Origin: Octopus sinensis
Taxonomy: Eukaryota
DNA: 64,000 bases
Direction of reading: 5' to 3'
Assembly (NCBI RefSeq): GCF_006345805.1
Contig: NC_042998.1
Coordinates: 192,572,001 to 192,636,000 of the forward strand
Position numbers and translations under genes: made by a program. The notes below the pieces were generated by a model. That model was not told where the DNA came from. It saw nothing but the letters and a program-made list of their open reading frames with translations, and searched no databases. Positions 62,313 to 64,000 of the stretch are shown in pieces. The first letter of the stretch is position 1. Each line of letters opens with the position of its first letter.

Positions 62313-62787
62313 ATATTATTATATTATTATTATAATTGTTTTTCTTCTTTTTGCCTGAGTTGTGACATCTTTAGGATCTATTTGTAATATATTTTGGATC
62401 TGTTTGTAAACTCATTTAATATAATTAACTCATAACTCATTTGATATAATTAACATTTTTGTAATTTATTTTTTAACCTTCTCAAAATTTTAGATTTTTT
62501 TTTTCCATGGTTTTATTGTCATTGTATGCTCCTCTAGGAGTACTCAGGATTTGATGCCCAGAACGTTATTTTATTACCAGTAAATCATTTTAATTTTGTA
62601 TCTATACAATATTTCATTGGTATGTTTTATAAACATCTCCAGAGATTTATATTTCTACACACACACACACATACATAGATTCATACATACCTGCATAAAT
62701 ATGAGAGAGGGAGGGAGAGAGATGAAAGTAATATGTATATGTAGTTTCCAGGAGAGTTGTAACTCTGAATTAAGAACTGATTAACAT

Positions 62788-63069
62788 CATCATCATCATC
62801 ATTGTTCGACTGCGGTCGAGACAATGGAATTTACTATGCTACGCCAGACTTCACGGTCCATCATAGCATTACGGAAGTCCTGTTGCTGGATGCCTGTATC
62901 CCTGGAGATTACATCAGGGTAGGAGAGTGTGCGCCCTCTGGTATCGCGAGTAGATGGCTTCCAGAGGAGAAGAGTAGAAATTACCTCGTTTTCAGCTCTA
63001 CAACAATGTCCAGCAAACTGGACTCTCCTACCTTTCACAAGAAGAGATGATACTTTCACAAGAGATGAT
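62788..63069 (-). mobile_element. RTE-clade LINE 3' fragment with (ATG)n tail
   Basis: RRVQFAGHCCR..LLWKP..AMMDREVWRSIV; 12-bp TSD ACTGATTAACAT at 62776-62787 and 63070-63081. Confidence 0.85.
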
Positions 63070-63172
63070 ACTGATTAACATAATGACAACCCATCCGACC
63101 CATACCTGCATGGGAAGTGAATGTAAAAGTAATAATAATGATGATGATATGATGCTGTTCTTTAGGTATGAG

Positions 63173-63420
63173 TCATCATCATCATCATCATCGTTTAACA
63201 TCCGCTTTCCATGCTAGCATGGGTTGGACAGTTCAACTGGGGTCTGAGAAGCCAGAAGGCTGCACGAGGCCCAGTCTGATCTGGCAATGTTTCTACAGCT
63301 GGATGCCCTTCCTAACACCAACCACCCCGTGAGTGTAGTGGGTGCTTTTTACGTGCCACCAGCACAGGTGCCAGACGGGGCTGGCAAAGGGCCACGATCG
63401 GATGGGGTTTTTTATGTGCC
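63173..63420 (-). mobile_element. Family C retroposon
   Basis: (CAT)n plus conserved block. Confidence 0.85.
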
Positions 63421-64000
63421 TTTTTACGTATTTGTATTAAATGGTGAATAGGCTACCTAAACATGAGTCTTAATTTTTTGACGAAAGTGTCGAATTCTTC
63501 CCCACTACTGAGACCCTAAGGTTACAATTTGTTTGAAATATGAATTTAGATTGAATTCGATAGACGTAATGAAATTTTGGCAGGAGAAACAATAATGAAA
63601 AGAAGACCTTCTTTCCCTATATTACAGCCAGAATACATTAAATAATAACAAGAGAACAAAATGAAAGATTAATGAGAAGGAAATGAAAAATGAATTAAGA
63701 TAATATGAATTTTGTTTCATAGAATGAAAAATACGTTTGTATTGTGTATAAAAAAAATAATTACAATTGGATTAATAACATCAAAGCTGAAAAGAAAGAA
63801 GGGAAACCCAACAATAGGATAAGGATGCTAATTTCTTGGAATTTAGTGGCTGCTGTTTTATCTATTCTAAAGCTATTAAGCGAAGTATATTGCCGAATAA
63901 ACGGATAATTTAATTTAACTCATGATATCCGAACAATGTTCGATGAAAAGGATTGTAAATATTTAGTGATAATCTGTTCAGAAAGTTATAAAAGTGCACA

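Overview
AT-rich, repeat-dense animal nuclear DNA. It is most likely from an octopus; this is inferred from tRNA-headed SINE families resembling the known octopus SINEs and from the (AT)n/(ATCT)n/(CAT)n microsatellite load. No intact gene, rRNA, true tRNA or CRISPR array is supported, and nearly all long ORFs in the track are microsatellite or SINE read-through. Identifiable content: (1) several SINE families; (2) 3' fragments of CR1/L2-group and RTE LINEs; (3) an internally deleted hAT transposon with TIRs and an 8-bp TSD; (4) Helitron remnants and two non-autonomous Helitrons; (5) TTAA piggyBac-like MITEs; (6) a dense cluster of GG-terminal, 8-bp-TSD (Merlin-like) MITEs carrying TTAGGG repeats; (7) scattered plus-strand exon candidates of an unidentified host gene. 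The most interesting signal is a set of minimal type-I hammerhead-ribozyme folds in Penelope-like fragments with non-consensus cores, including a G3-C8 swap of the conserved C3-G8 pair at 2685-2735. Also notable: SINE and LINE 3' tails with a covarying stem-loop, a TSD-bounded four-unit array of RTE 3' ends, and fold-back hairpins at 5' retroposon junctions. All coordinates, alignments and folds were read by eye; no searches or computations were run.
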